A stretch of DNA of 64,000 bases from Candidatus Magasanikiibacteriota bacterium (GCA_018651085.1 JABIEQ010000011.1:3563-67562); one strand, 5' to 3'. Positions 48,571-57,918 are shown, counted from the stretch's first letter. Notes: generated by a model from the sequence alone, not told the origin. Made by a program: numbers and translations.

Positions 48571-48924
48571 CTAGATAATAGCTCGAAGAAGCATGGTGAA
48601 AATAAATATAGGAAAGGCAATCCAGATCATCACAATGATTGCTTGCACAAATAACCAAAGGAGCATGAGAAATGATCTAATAACCACATTCATGAACCGT
48701 ACAAAAAAACTCACAATTCTTCCTTGCCAATCATATTGCCCAAACATAGGAACAAAAATATACCGGGCCCATAGTCCTGGTACTAACCATGCATTTGCTG
48801 ATGCAAGAAGATTTCTACAATAGCCTAAAATAAATCGTATGCCCCCGGTAAACCACCATAGTGGAAAATAAAGGATATCAAGAATAAACTCGATGGCCAT
48901 ACGTTGTAAGATAAGAATCCACAT
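48571..48924 (-). CDS. Small membrane protein co-transcribed with the Clp ATPase
   Basis: YFPLWW, FVPMFGQYDWQGRIVSFFVR; 3-nt gap to Clp gene. Confidence 0.8.
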   Translation of the reverse strand: MWILILQRMAIEFILDILYFPLWWFTGGIRFILGYCRNLLASANAWLVPGLWARYIFVPMFGQYDWQGRIVSFFVRFMNVVIRSFLMLLWLFVQAIIVMIWIAFPIFIFTMLLRAII

Positions 48925-49005
48925 ACATTACTTTTATGTTCTTATTTTACCATAAATAGAAAGAAACTCCCATGGAGTTTCTTTGTGGTTTCTTTTTATA
49001 TTTTT

Positions 49006-49362
49006 CTAGCGAACGGCAACGGTTGTTCCCGGAAGGTTTATATACGCAAGATCGCTTCCAACTGGTACCATTTCTATGTTTTCTGATTTTAGTCGCTCTT
49101 GAATACGAATGATTGATCCTTCTTCTGCAATTTCTACTTCGATCTTTTGAATTTCTCTATCAAGACCACTTATGTCTCGACGAAGATCTCCCATATCATA
49201 TCCTCCGGTTGAAAGAGATCCTGTAATTTGCGTCACATTTAAAAACCCAAACGTTGCCACAATAGCAATAAGAGCAAACCGTGAAGTGTTGCTTAAAAAT
49301 ATGCGTGTTACCGCTTGCTTTCGTTGTCTCATGGTTTGTTTTTTGCGACGAAATTGTCTCAT
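49006..49362 (-). CDS. FtsL-like cell division protein
   Basis: Basic N-terminus, one TM, coiled coil; follows mraZ-rsmH. Confidence 0.65.
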   Translation of the reverse strand: MRQFRRKKQTMRQRKQAVTRIFLSNTSRFALIAIVATFGFLNVTQITGSLSTGGYDMGDLRRDISGLDREIQKIEVEIAEEGSIIRIQERLKSENIEMVPVGSDLAYINLPGTTVAVR

Positions 49363-49364
49363 AT

Positions 49365-50282
49365 TTATATTTTTTCTATAACGCGTAGTTTTGCTGAACG
49401 TGCTCGTGGATTTTCTTTTGCCTCAGCATTACTACACACGATAGGTTTTTTGGTAATAATATGTATTGATTTGTCTTTTATGCTTTTGAAAAAATGCTTT
49501 ACAATCCTATCTTCTAGAGAGTGAAACGTGATAACCGCGAGTCGTCCCCCTGACTGCAACACCTCTACTGCTTGAGGTAATACATCTTCTATTACACCTA
49601 ATTCATTGTTTACCGCAATTCTTATTGATTGAAAAATTCTCGTTGCTGGATGTATTCCTCCAATCCAAGGTATTTCTTTTTCTGTATTGAGTTTTTTTCT
49701 ATAGACTTCCAAAATGAGGTCTACAAGTTGCTTGGTCGTACTAATCTTTTCTTTTTTTCTCTTTTCCCCAATCTGCCAAGCTACTTCATTTGCGAATCGT
49801 TCTTCTCCATAGGTTGCAAAGACTCTTTCAATTTCTTCTATTGATTCATTGTTTATAAAGTCTTCTGCACTTTGCTTGTTATCTTTTCCAGCAGCGTAGC
49901 GCATGTCGAGAGGTTCATCTCCTTCGAAACTAAATCCTCTATTTCTTTCACTAAACTGTGGACTAGACCACCCAAAATCCATAAGTACTCCATGAATTGA
50001 TCCAATAGGATGTTCCTTTACAATCTCTTCGAGTTTTTCAAAGTTTTCTCGTACAAATGTCACTCTTCCATCAAATGGATAGAGTCGTTGTTTTGAACGA
50101 AGAAGTGATTCTGGATCTGCATCAATTGCAATGAGCCTTCCTTCTGGAGTAGTTGCTTCTAGTATTTTTTCTGAATGTCCCCCATCCCCTACGGTGCAAT
50201 CAATAACATGTGCTCCGGGGTAGAGTTTGAGTGACTCAATGACTTCATCAAGAAGTACAGGTACATGTCTTTTTGGTCCCAT
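49365..50282 (-). CDS. rsmH: 16S rRNA m4C1402 methyltransferase
   Basis: HVPVLL, DCTVGDGGHS, PLDMR, TFHSLEDR, NPRARSAKLR. Confidence 0.96.
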   Translation of the reverse strand: MGPKRHVPVLLDEVIESLKLYPGAHVIDCTVGDGGHSEKILEATTPEGRLIAIDADPESLLRSKQRLYPFDGRVTFVRENFEKLEEIVKEHPIGSIHGVLMDFGWSSPQFSERNRGFSFEGDEPLDMRYAAGKDNKQSAEDFINNESIEEIERVFATYGEERFANEVAWQIGEKRKKEKISTTKQLVDLILEVYRKKLNTEKEIPWIGGIHPATRIFQSIRIAVNNELGVIEDVLPQAVEVLQSGGRLAVITFHSLEDRIVKHFFKSIKDKSIHIITKKPIVCSNAEAKENPRARSAKLRVIEKI

Positions 50283-50283
50283 A

Positions 50284-50715
50284 CTATATTCCTAATTCCG
50301 CCATCTGTTCAGCGATTTCACAACTTTTTGCTTCTGTTTTTTTCTTATACTCTTCCCACTTTTTCTGATCCCAAATTTCTAGACGGTTGTATAGACCGGC
50401 TACAGTGATCTCTTTTTTGAGACCAGCAAAAGCGCGAAGGTAATCTGGTAGCATGACTCGACCTTGTTTATCTATCTTTACATCCATGGCCCCTGCGAGC
50501 ATTAACCGAGCGAATGCTCGAGTGTTTGCTTGCGCGAATGGAAGACTAGCAAGTTTTTCTGCCAGCTTTGCCCATTCCTTTTTGGTATAAAGAAACAGAC
50601 AATCATCTAGACCACGTGTAACAACAACACCGCTTGCAAGTGCTTGGCGGAATTTCTTTGGGACGGCAATCCGACCCTTTTCGTCTACGTTGTGTGAGTA
50701 TTCACCGATGAACAT
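50284..50715 (-). CDS. mraZ: Division/cell wall cluster repressor MraZ
   Basis: MFIGEYSHNVDEKGR, DKQGR, RLEIW. Confidence 0.96.
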   Translation of the reverse strand: MFIGEYSHNVDEKGRIAVPKKFRQALASGVVVTRGLDDCLFLYTKKEWAKLAEKLASLPFAQANTRAFARLMLAGAMDVKIDKQGRVMLPDYLRAFAGLKKEITVAGLYNRLEIWDQKKWEEYKKKTEAKSCEIAEQMAELGI

Positions 50716-50750
50716 AGCGTTTTTATCGTAAGTAGGAAGACAAGCATTTT

Positions 50751-50790
50751 CCCCACTTTTCCCCACGTGAATCCATTATATCCCACTTTT
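50751..50790 (-). promoter_or_regulatory. MraZ operator: (G/A)TGG(G/A) direct repeats with 10-bp period overlapping a TATAAT -10
   Basis: Minus strand aaagtgggat ataatggatt cacgtgggga aaagtgggga. Confidence 0.75.
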
Positions 50791-50881
50791 ATGGTTTTTC
50801 CAACTCTTTTTAGGAATATTTGTCCACTTTTTGGGGATAACCTGAAAATAAGCCCCCGGTTTCTATTTCTCTTTGACTGTA

Positions 50882-50910
50882 TTGACGATATGATCGTTTT
50901 GTGGTATATT
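50882..50910 (+). promoter_or_regulatory. sigma70 promoter TTGACG-17-TATATT with extended -10
   Basis: Direct match upstream of unit 6. Confidence 0.75.
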
Positions 50911-51014
50911 TTTTTGTCGAGGGTTGTTTTCTTGCAGAAAGTACATATGTCCCTTTGTGTTTTTTCTGCAAGAAAGCCGCTTGTGGCTAAATACTCACAC
51001 CAAGGAGGGACGAG

Positions 51015-51371
51015 ATGAAGATCCGGCTGAAGATCAATCGGGAAGAGATTGTACCCAAAGAGAAAGGGATCCTGACGGGTCTTCTCGAGTACTTTGGGAA
51101 AGGACTTGAAGTTGCCAATAGCCAGATGGTGCTGACCTTTGAGGTCACATGCCATCTCACCGGACCTCAAGGCCCGGAAGACATTATGACCATCTGGATG
51201 AACAAAGAAGAAGCCCAAGAGCTCTCTGACGCAGGGGTCCCCCTTCTCACCGTGATGGCGCCTCGGTCAATGCTTCAAAACCGCAGAGGGCTCACCTACG
51301 ACGCCCCATGGCAAGACATCGAGGTCCTCGAAGAGGACCAGCCACCACCCCCGCCGCTCTCGGCAGCCTGA
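51015..51371 (+). CDS. Orphan protein with C-terminal polyproline (GC-rich unit 6)
   Basis: SD AAGGAGGG, TGA stop, terminator at 51476-51503. Confidence 0.75.
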   Translation: MKIRLKINREEIVPKEKGILTGLLEYFGKGLEVANSQMVLTFEVTCHLTGPQGPEDIMTIWMNKEEAQELSDAGVPLLTVMAPRSMLQNRRGLTYDAPWQDIEVLEEDQPPPPPLSAA

Positions 51372-51390
51372 CAACCAACAAGGAGAAGAA

Positions 51391-51411
51391 ATGGCACGCG
51401 CACCACCCTAA
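51391..51411 (+). other. SD-led micro-ORF MARAPP*
   Basis: AAGGAG-5nt-ATG GCA CGC GCA CCA CCC TAA. Confidence 0.4.
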
Positions 51412-51604
51412 AAAAAGGGATGAGCACCGTGCCATCCCGACCTATGTGTTTGATATCTCAAATCTATAGGTTTATAAAAAACTGCTACATATAGCAGTTT
51501 TTTGTTTTCACTTTTCACTCTACCCTTGACATCTCCTAGTTATTATGGTTAGATTGTCTGTTTTGGGTACAGATAGATAACGAAACCTTAGACAAGGGAG
51601 GACA

Positions 51605-51859
51605 ATGGTCACTATTCGAAACCTCCTAGAGGTTTACCACGAAGAACGGCTCCTGTGGGATTTACTTGGAGTCACTCCAAAACGCCAGAACGGTTTCTAT
51701 GAAATCGCCTGGTCTATTACGGTGGCACTGAGCTGGGAATACTCAATCCCAACATGGCAAGTCTCGAGACTTCCACAGGAGTACCTTCTTGGGTCAGAGT
51801 CCACCCGTTACTACTACAGGCTGTGTCTGTTTGTAGAAAACGGGAAGGCTCAACCCTGA
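51605..51859 (+). CDS. 84-aa orphan protein (GC-rich unit 7)
   Basis: TTGACA-18-TAGATT (51526-51555), SD AGGGAGG, TGA stop, hairpin 51872-51903. Confidence 0.7.
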   Translation: MVTIRNLLEVYHEERLLWDLLGVTPKRQNGFYEIAWSITVALSWEYSIPTWQVSRLPQEYLLGSESTRYYYRLCLFVENGKAQP

Positions 51860-52100
51860 AGAGAGACCACAAAGACCCGCCAAGCAGTTGCTTGGCGGGT
51901 CTTCACATTTATATTACTAACTAAAGCGATATACTTAACAAAATATGATATATTTGTCAATATGCACCATCGTCCTTATCACACTATGGGGAACAAGAAT
52001 ATGACACTTCGTATGTTTGCTCCCCTAAATACCTGTTCAGTTTGGTGCTCGTGGGGAGGCACAACACAAACTGAATTCAATAGTGTGGAGGAAACGAACG

Positions 52101-52622
52101 ATGAGCACTGGCAACAAGGGTGGCGAGCTGCTGCCGCGCCTCAAGTACGAGTGGATCCCGGACCAAGGGGCCTTCCGGGTGACCCAGGAGGTCAGGCACT
52201 CCTCGAAGGAGTCGGCGATGCGTGCCCTGTGGGGTGTGTTTCGCGAAGGCTGGATCACGCGGGACAACTTCCTGACGATGCGCAGCCGCCTGATGGAGTC
52301 GAGACTGCCCGAAGGACAGATCGACCCGATCGTCAAGCGCTGCGAAACTGGGAAGGGGATCCGGCTCATGACCTACGCTGGTCCCTGGACCCAGTTCATC
52401 TACTCCCAGGCGGCACTCCGTCAGATCATGGAAAACTGCGTCGGACAGCTTCTGCTGACCCAGTACCAGTCTGAGGAACTCCTGAAGGAAGCCCTCGAAG
52501 AGTTCGAGGATCTTCCTGAAGAGCGCCAGCCGCTTGATGACATCCCGACCTCTGGTCTCCTCGAGATCCACATCATCGTGGGCGCCGGCCGGAAAGCCTC
52601 TCCGTCGCCAGACACTCATTAG
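52101..52622 (+). CDS. 173-aa orphan protein (GC-rich unit 8)
   Basis: SD GGAGG at 52087-52091, GC3-rich codons, downstream hairpins and terminator 52759-52789. Confidence 0.75.
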   Translation: MSTGNKGGELLPRLKYEWIPDQGAFRVTQEVRHSSKESAMRALWGVFREGWITRDNFLTMRSRLMESRLPEGQIDPIVKRCETGKGIRLMTYAGPWTQFIYSQAALRQIMENCVGQLLLTQYQSEELLKEALEEFEDLPEERQPLDDIPTSGLLEIHIIVGAGRKASPSPDTH

Positions 52623-52787
52623 CCCACACCTTCGGCGTGGGCACAGGCTCACGTCTGGAGGGACGTGATGAAGGTGGGACGGCGTTTCGCTCACGCGATA
52701 CGCCGACCCTGCAGTGCACTTTATGTATATAAAGTTCAGTGCAGGAAAAAATGTACATAAAAATACACCAATTTAGTTGGTGTATTT

Positions 52788-54050
52788 TTATTTTTTAATC
52801 TTTCGTCTTTTCCTTTGGAATGCAATGGCGAACCTATGAGCTTCATCTCGTACGTTTACAAGCATGTCCTGATTCATTTTTACCCATTTAATTAATACCC
52901 TATTTGCATCAGGAATAATAAATTCATTTTTCTTTCTCGCAGCTCCCTTTGCGATACCCACAATTGGCCTATCTACTCCAGCGAGTGCTAACACTTTTTT
53001 GGCGGTATTTACTTGTGGCTTTCCGCCATCAATTAAGAAAAGATCTGGTAATGGCCATTCTTTATGTTTTAAGCGTCTTTCTAACACTTCTTTCAAACAA
53101 GCCACATCACTTTGTCCTTCGACTGTTTTTATTTTAAATTTTCTATATTGTCTTTTATCTGGGCCCCCATGAGTAAAGACAACCATTGAACCAACTTTAT
53201 TTGAACTTCCTAAATTTGAAATATCATACCCTTCTACTTTTTGGATTTGACCTTCAACATAAAGGCTGTCCTCAACAAAACTTTTATTGATAAGTGTAAT
53301 GTCTTGAATCTTTGTAAGATTTTGTACTTGATCTCGCAGTCTTGCCGCTTCTTCAAAGGCGTATGCTTTGGCCGCTTTTTTCATGTCTTTTTCAAAAGTC
53401 TTTATCAACCGTTTTTTTCCACCTTTTAAAAATGTAACAAGTGGTGCAATGACTTTTTTCTTATAATCTTCCTTGGTAATCTCTTTTGTACACACTCCAA
53501 GACATTGTCCCATTTGATAATACAAACAAGGTTTATCTCCATCCTTTTTTCTTCTTTTCTTTTGACAGGTTGAAAGATGAAATAATCTTGTAAGAATTTT
53601 AATGGCAGCTTTTGTATTTAACCCAGGATATGGTCCAAAAATATATCGATACTGTTTTTTCATCTCATCTGTTTCTATTTGCATGAGATCATGTTCACGA
53701 GCAGTTTCTAATATTGGGTACCCTGATCTACTTATTGTAATGTAATTCCAACTTTTATTATCTTTCCCAATAACATTATATTTTGGCTGATACTTTTTAA
53801 TGGCATTTGCCTCAAGCACAATAGCTTCAAGTACTGATTCAGTTGATTGTGTTTTTATACTTTGTACTTCATGGATCATTCTTTCAATTGGTCGAGAGGT
53901 TCTTTTTCCTACAAAGTAACTCGTTACACGGCTTTTTAATGATGTTGCCTTTCCAACATAGATAATATCTTTCTCTTGGTTAAAAAAAAGATATATCCCC
54001 GGACTATCTGGGAGTCTTTTCGCTTTCTTTTTCCCTTTGTCGTTATCCAT
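52788..54050 (-). CDS. uvrC: Excinuclease ABC subunit C (short form, no C-terminal HhH)
   Basis: GIY-YIG (PGIY...YVGKA), FEEAARLRDQ, GYDISN, IDGGKPQ, RDEAHRFA. Confidence 0.93.
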   Translation of the reverse strand: MDNDKGKKKAKRLPDSPGIYLFFNQEKDIIYVGKATSLKSRVTSYFVGKRTSRPIERMIHEVQSIKTQSTESVLEAIVLEANAIKKYQPKYNVIGKDNKSWNYITISRSGYPILETAREHDLMQIETDEMKKQYRYIFGPYPGLNTKAAIKILTRLFHLSTCQKKRRKKDGDKPCLYYQMGQCLGVCTKEITKEDYKKKVIAPLVTFLKGGKKRLIKTFEKDMKKAAKAYAFEEAARLRDQVQNLTKIQDITLINKSFVEDSLYVEGQIQKVEGYDISNLGSSNKVGSMVVFTHGGPDKRQYRKFKIKTVEGQSDVACLKEVLERRLKHKEWPLPDLFLIDGGKPQVNTAKKVLALAGVDRPIVGIAKGAARKKNEFIIPDANRVLIKWVKMNQDMLVNVRDEAHRFAIAFQRKRRKIKK

Positions 54051-54052
54051 GC

Positions 54053-56629
54053 TTAATCCTTTAGTAATCTTTTCAGATATTGCCCTGTGTAACTTTTTGC
54101 AGTCATGGCGACTTGCTCTGGGGTTCCAACGGTGACTACTTCCCCACCTCTATCTCCTCCATCTGGCCCAAGATCAATGACCCAGTCAGCACACTTAATC
54201 AAATCAAGATTGTGTTCAATAATCATGACGGTGTTTCCTTGAGATACGAGACGTTGGAGCACATCAATAAGCTTTTTTACGTCATCATAATGCAACCCTG
54301 TAGTTGGTTCATCAAGAAGATATAGCGTCTTTGTGGTATTTCTTTTCGCAAGCTCACGAGAGAGTTTAATGCGTTGCGCTTCCCCACCTGAGAGAGTTGT
54401 TGCAGATTGACCAAGGGTTAAATAATCAAGTCCTACATCATGGAGTACTTTTAATTTATCATATATCCCTGGAATATCTACAAAAAAGTCTTTAGCATCT
54501 TCTACCGTCATGTTTAACACTTCAGCAATATTTTTTCCATTGAAGTGTACTTCTAATGTTTCCCTATCAAATCGTGCTCCCTTACATATATCACAAAGGA
54601 TTTTTACACTTGGTAAAAAATGCATTTCAATAGTAAGCATTCCTTTTCCTTCACAATGTCCACATCGTCCACCTGGTCTATTAAAACTAAACCGTCCCTT
54701 TTTATACCCTCGAATACGGGCTTCTGGTGTCATAGCAAAAAGATCCCGAATGTGATCATATGCCTTTGTGTATGTTGCAGGGTTACTTCGTGGTGTTCTT
54801 CCAATAGGTTTTTGATCGATTTTAATGATCTTATCAATATACTCTGTCCCAGTGATACTTTTATGCTTCCCAATCCTTTTATCAACATGGTGCAGTCTAT
54901 TTGCTACGGCACGATGCAAAATCCTATGCATGAGGGTAGACTTTCCTGATCCAGACACTCCAGTAAGACAGACAAACCGTCTTAGTGGTATTTCTACTTT
55001 AATATTTTTAAGGTTATTCTCTTCGGCTCCTGTTATCTTAATCTTTGGTGAATATTTATCCACTTTTCTTCTCTTTTTTGGTATGTCTATTTTGAGTTCA
55101 GATCGTAAATACTTTCCAGTAATAGAATCTTTTGGTTTTCCAATAATGGCACAGTCAAACTCTTTTTCTTTTATCTTTCCTGCTTTATTTTTTAAAAGTA
55201 TTTCAAGTGGCCCAGAGAAAACAACCTCTCCACCGTGCTTCCCAGCTCCTGGTCCAATATCAACTACCCAGTCACTTACAAGGATGGTGTCTTCATCATG
55301 CTCTACCACGATTATGGTATTTCCTATATCACAGAGATTTCTAAGTGTTGAAACTAATTGATCATTATCTCTTTGATGCAATCCAATGGTGGGTTCATCA
55401 AGCACATACAGTGCACCTACCAGTTGTTGCCCCACTTGAGACGCTAATCTAATTCGTTGCGCTTCTCCACCAGAAAGTGTTCCTGCACGTCTATTCATGG
55501 TGAGATAATGCAATCCAACATTGAACATAAATTGTAGTCGGTTGGTAATCTCTCTAAGTGCTGGTGCAGATATCTCTTGTTCATGTTCTTTCAGATGATC
55601 ATGAAGTTCTATGAAAAATTCTATAGCATCAACGATGGTCATGGCAGTTATTTCCCAGATGTTCTTTTCTGCTATTTTAACGCTTAATGCGTTATCATTT
55701 AGCCGTTTCCCTTCGCACGTTGTACATGTTTCTTCACTAAAGAGTGCTGCAGTTCCAAGACCAGTACAGGCTTTACATTGTCCATAAGGACTATTGAAAC
55801 TAAACAGACGTGGTTCAATTTCAGGAAAACTATACCCATCATTTGGACAAGCATACTCTGTACTAAAAATGTGTTCAGAGCTAGATGGATAAATAACACC
55901 ACATAATCCGTTTGATAAATCGACAGCAGTTTCTACTGCTTCTGCTAATCTTGTCTTATCAATCTTTGCTGTTGGTATTTTATCGATCACTATTTCAATG
56001 GTATGCTTTTTGTTTTTTGATAGATTAATTCTATTTCTTAAACTCTTTATTTTTCCATCAATTCTCACTTCTAGAAACCCGCTATTGTACATATCATAAA
56101 GCATTTGATAGTACTCCCCTTTTCTTCCACGAACGACTGGAGACAAGATTATAATCCCTTCGTCTTGTTTTACTTTTTCTTTTTTCTGTTTTTTGAACCC
56201 ACTAAAAATCTGATCCACCATTTGATCAGTCGTCATCTTTTCTATCTTGGTACCACAAGCTGGACAATATGGGTTTCCAATACGCGCAAACAATACCCGA
56301 AGATAATCATAGATTTCTGTAATTGTCGCAACGGTAGAACGAGGGTTTGCGCTGTGCGCCTTTTGATCAATAGAAATTGCAGGAGAAAGTCCCTGAATCT
56401 CATCGACATCAGGTTTTTGCATGTTCCCTAAAAATTGTCTTGCATAAGCAGAAAGACTCTCAACGTACCGTCTTTGTCCTTCTGCAAAAATGGTATCAAA
56501 GGCAAGACTACTCTTTCCTGATCCAGAGAGTCCTGTAAATACAATCATTTTATTTCGCGGCAGCTCAACACTAATATTTTTAAGGTTGTGCTCCCTTGCT
56601 CCTTTTATACTAATTTTTTCTTGTTTCAT
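54053..56629 (-). CDS. uvrA: Excinuclease ABC subunit A
   Basis: Two GxSGSGKS Walker A and two LSGGEAQR motifs, zinc fingers. Confidence 0.97.
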   Translation of the reverse strand: MKQEKISIKGAREHNLKNISVELPRNKMIVFTGLSGSGKSSLAFDTIFAEGQRRYVESLSAYARQFLGNMQKPDVDEIQGLSPAISIDQKAHSANPRSTVATITEIYDYLRVLFARIGNPYCPACGTKIEKMTTDQMVDQIFSGFKKQKKEKVKQDEGIIILSPVVRGRKGEYYQMLYDMYNSGFLEVRIDGKIKSLRNRINLSKNKKHTIEIVIDKIPTAKIDKTRLAEAVETAVDLSNGLCGVIYPSSSEHIFSTEYACPNDGYSFPEIEPRLFSFNSPYGQCKACTGLGTAALFSEETCTTCEGKRLNDNALSVKIAEKNIWEITAMTIVDAIEFFIELHDHLKEHEQEISAPALREITNRLQFMFNVGLHYLTMNRRAGTLSGGEAQRIRLASQVGQQLVGALYVLDEPTIGLHQRDNDQLVSTLRNLCDIGNTIIVVEHDEDTILVSDWVVDIGPGAGKHGGEVVFSGPLEILLKNKAGKIKEKEFDCAIIGKPKDSITGKYLRSELKIDIPKKRRKVDKYSPKIKITGAEENNLKNIKVEIPLRRFVCLTGVSGSGKSTLMHRILHRAVANRLHHVDKRIGKHKSITGTEYIDKIIKIDQKPIGRTPRSNPATYTKAYDHIRDLFAMTPEARIRGYKKGRFSFNRPGGRCGHCEGKGMLTIEMHFLPSVKILCDICKGARFDRETLEVHFNGKNIAEVLNMTVEDAKDFFVDIPGIYDKLKVLHDVGLDYLTLGQSATTLSGGEAQRIKLSRELAKRNTTKTLYLLDEPTTGLHYDDVKKLIDVLQRLVSQGNTVMIIEHNLDLIKCADWVIDLGPDGGDRGGEVVTVGTPEQVAMTAKSYTGQYLKRLLKD

Positions 56630-56784
56630 ACGACAAAAAGACCCGAAAACCACGCGTATGGTGGGGGTCTTTGCTTATAGTTATTTCAATGAACAATGGC
56701 TATTATCTGCTAATTTAGGGCATTTGTCAATTCTTTGCCCCTTCGTTATACTACTCATAAGTATTTTACTCTTAAATATATACT

Positions 56785-57267
56785 ATGAAACGATACATCC
56801 TTGGTTTTGGTGGTCTTTTATGTGCAGTGGTCCTTATTGGCGCAGGTTGTGCCCCTGAGTACGATTATTCAGAGACTGACTCACCTATAGAATACGAATC
56901 AGGAGAACAAAAAGGAACAGGACAATATATTAATAGAACAGAAGGAGCAGCCAACGATGTAATTATTGATGGCCCAGTATCTTCTTTAACTCTCGGAGCA
57001 GCAGTTCAAGAGAATGGAAATGTGGCTTTTTCTTGGAAAGCTCCAGAAGACCTAGAGCTTCCAGAAAAACTTCGCTTAATTGCAAGCCCAGATGAAGAGC
57101 CAAGCTTAGAGGGGACGTACCAATGGCAACAGTACCCAAATACAACTACTGATGCGGTATGGGATGAATTTCCTCAAGAAATGACCCATGTACGCCTTTG
57201 TTTATTTGATACTGAAAAAGAAACTTGCATTGGGTACAGTAATGAGCTCACTCTTTCATTTGAATAA
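56785..57267 (+). CDS. Lipoprotein
   Basis: Signal peptide ending LIGAGC; promoter TTGTCA-17-TATACT at 56724-56752. Confidence 0.8.
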   Translation: MKRYILGFGGLLCAVVLIGAGCAPEYDYSETDSPIEYESGEQKGTGQYINRTEGAANDVIIDGPVSSLTLGAAVQENGNVAFSWKAPEDLELPEKLRLIASPDEEPSLEGTYQWQQYPNTTTDAVWDEFPQEMTHVRLCLFDTEKETCIGYSNELTLSFE

Positions 57268-57300
57268 TCTCATCACCATAAAAAAACATGACCCACAAGG

Positions 57301-57918
57301 TCATGTTTTTGGTTTTGTAATTGTTAGTTGCCACCAAGCTTTGGTCTTTGCAAGAAACTCTCTCATACCCATCCCCCATACTTTTCCAAATACACTTGAT
57401 CCTTCCTTATCGTCGGCAGCGAGTCCAATAGTATCTATTCCCTGCCCTTCACAAAAGAATCGTATGCGCGGAAGATGAAATTGCTGAGAAATAACAACGG
57501 TATCCGTTATTTGAAATTCTTCTTTTGCTCGTAAACAACTTAGGTAGGTTCTATACCCTTTCCCGTCTTTTTTAATGGCTTCAGGTGGAACACCAAGTTC
57601 TATTGCTAATTTTTCCATCGCATCAACCTCATTTTTTCCTCGAAATGATCCATCGTCTCCCGTCATGATAAGTGTTTCTACCTTTCCTGCTTTATATAAA
57701 TCTACGGCTGTTTCTACTCGCCTTCTTTGCATTTTAGACATGACGGTTTCGTAATCCATACCGCCACCAAAAACAAATGCTGTTGTTGATGTTGGAACTT
57801 CTTCTACCGTATCTACAATATTTGTATTAAATGTCTGTATCAGTGCAGGAGCACGAAAAAATATCCCTACAATAAAAAGGCCTATGAAAAAAATAATTGC
57901 TATGTATGTGTAACGCAT
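57301..57918 (-). CDS. SanA/YdcF (DUF218) family protein
   Basis: VFGGG, RVETAVDLY, MTGD, NEV, DGKGYRTY, SQQFHLPR, REFLA. Confidence 0.88.
   Translation of the reverse strand: MRYTYIAIIFFIGLFIVGIFFRAPALIQTFNTNIVDTVEEVPTSTTAFVFGGGMDYETVMSKMQRRRVETAVDLYKAGKVETLIMTGDDGSFRGKNEVDAMEKLAIELGVPPEAIKKDGKGYRTYLSCLRAKEEFQITDTVVISQQFHLPRIRFFCEGQGIDTIGLAADDKEGSSVFGKVWGMGMREFLAKTKAWWQLTITKPKT

Noticed and set aside
44244-51962. Similar approx. 20-bp string aaa(t)atgatatatYtgtcaata at the rplU promoter and at 51940-51962
   Set aside because: Only two copies, AT-rich and explained largely by a shared TTGACA; not enough for an operator call.
56680-56710. LexA/SOS box upstream of uvrA
   Set aside because: Only a half match (gaac) and no equivalent palindrome recognised upstream of uvrB.
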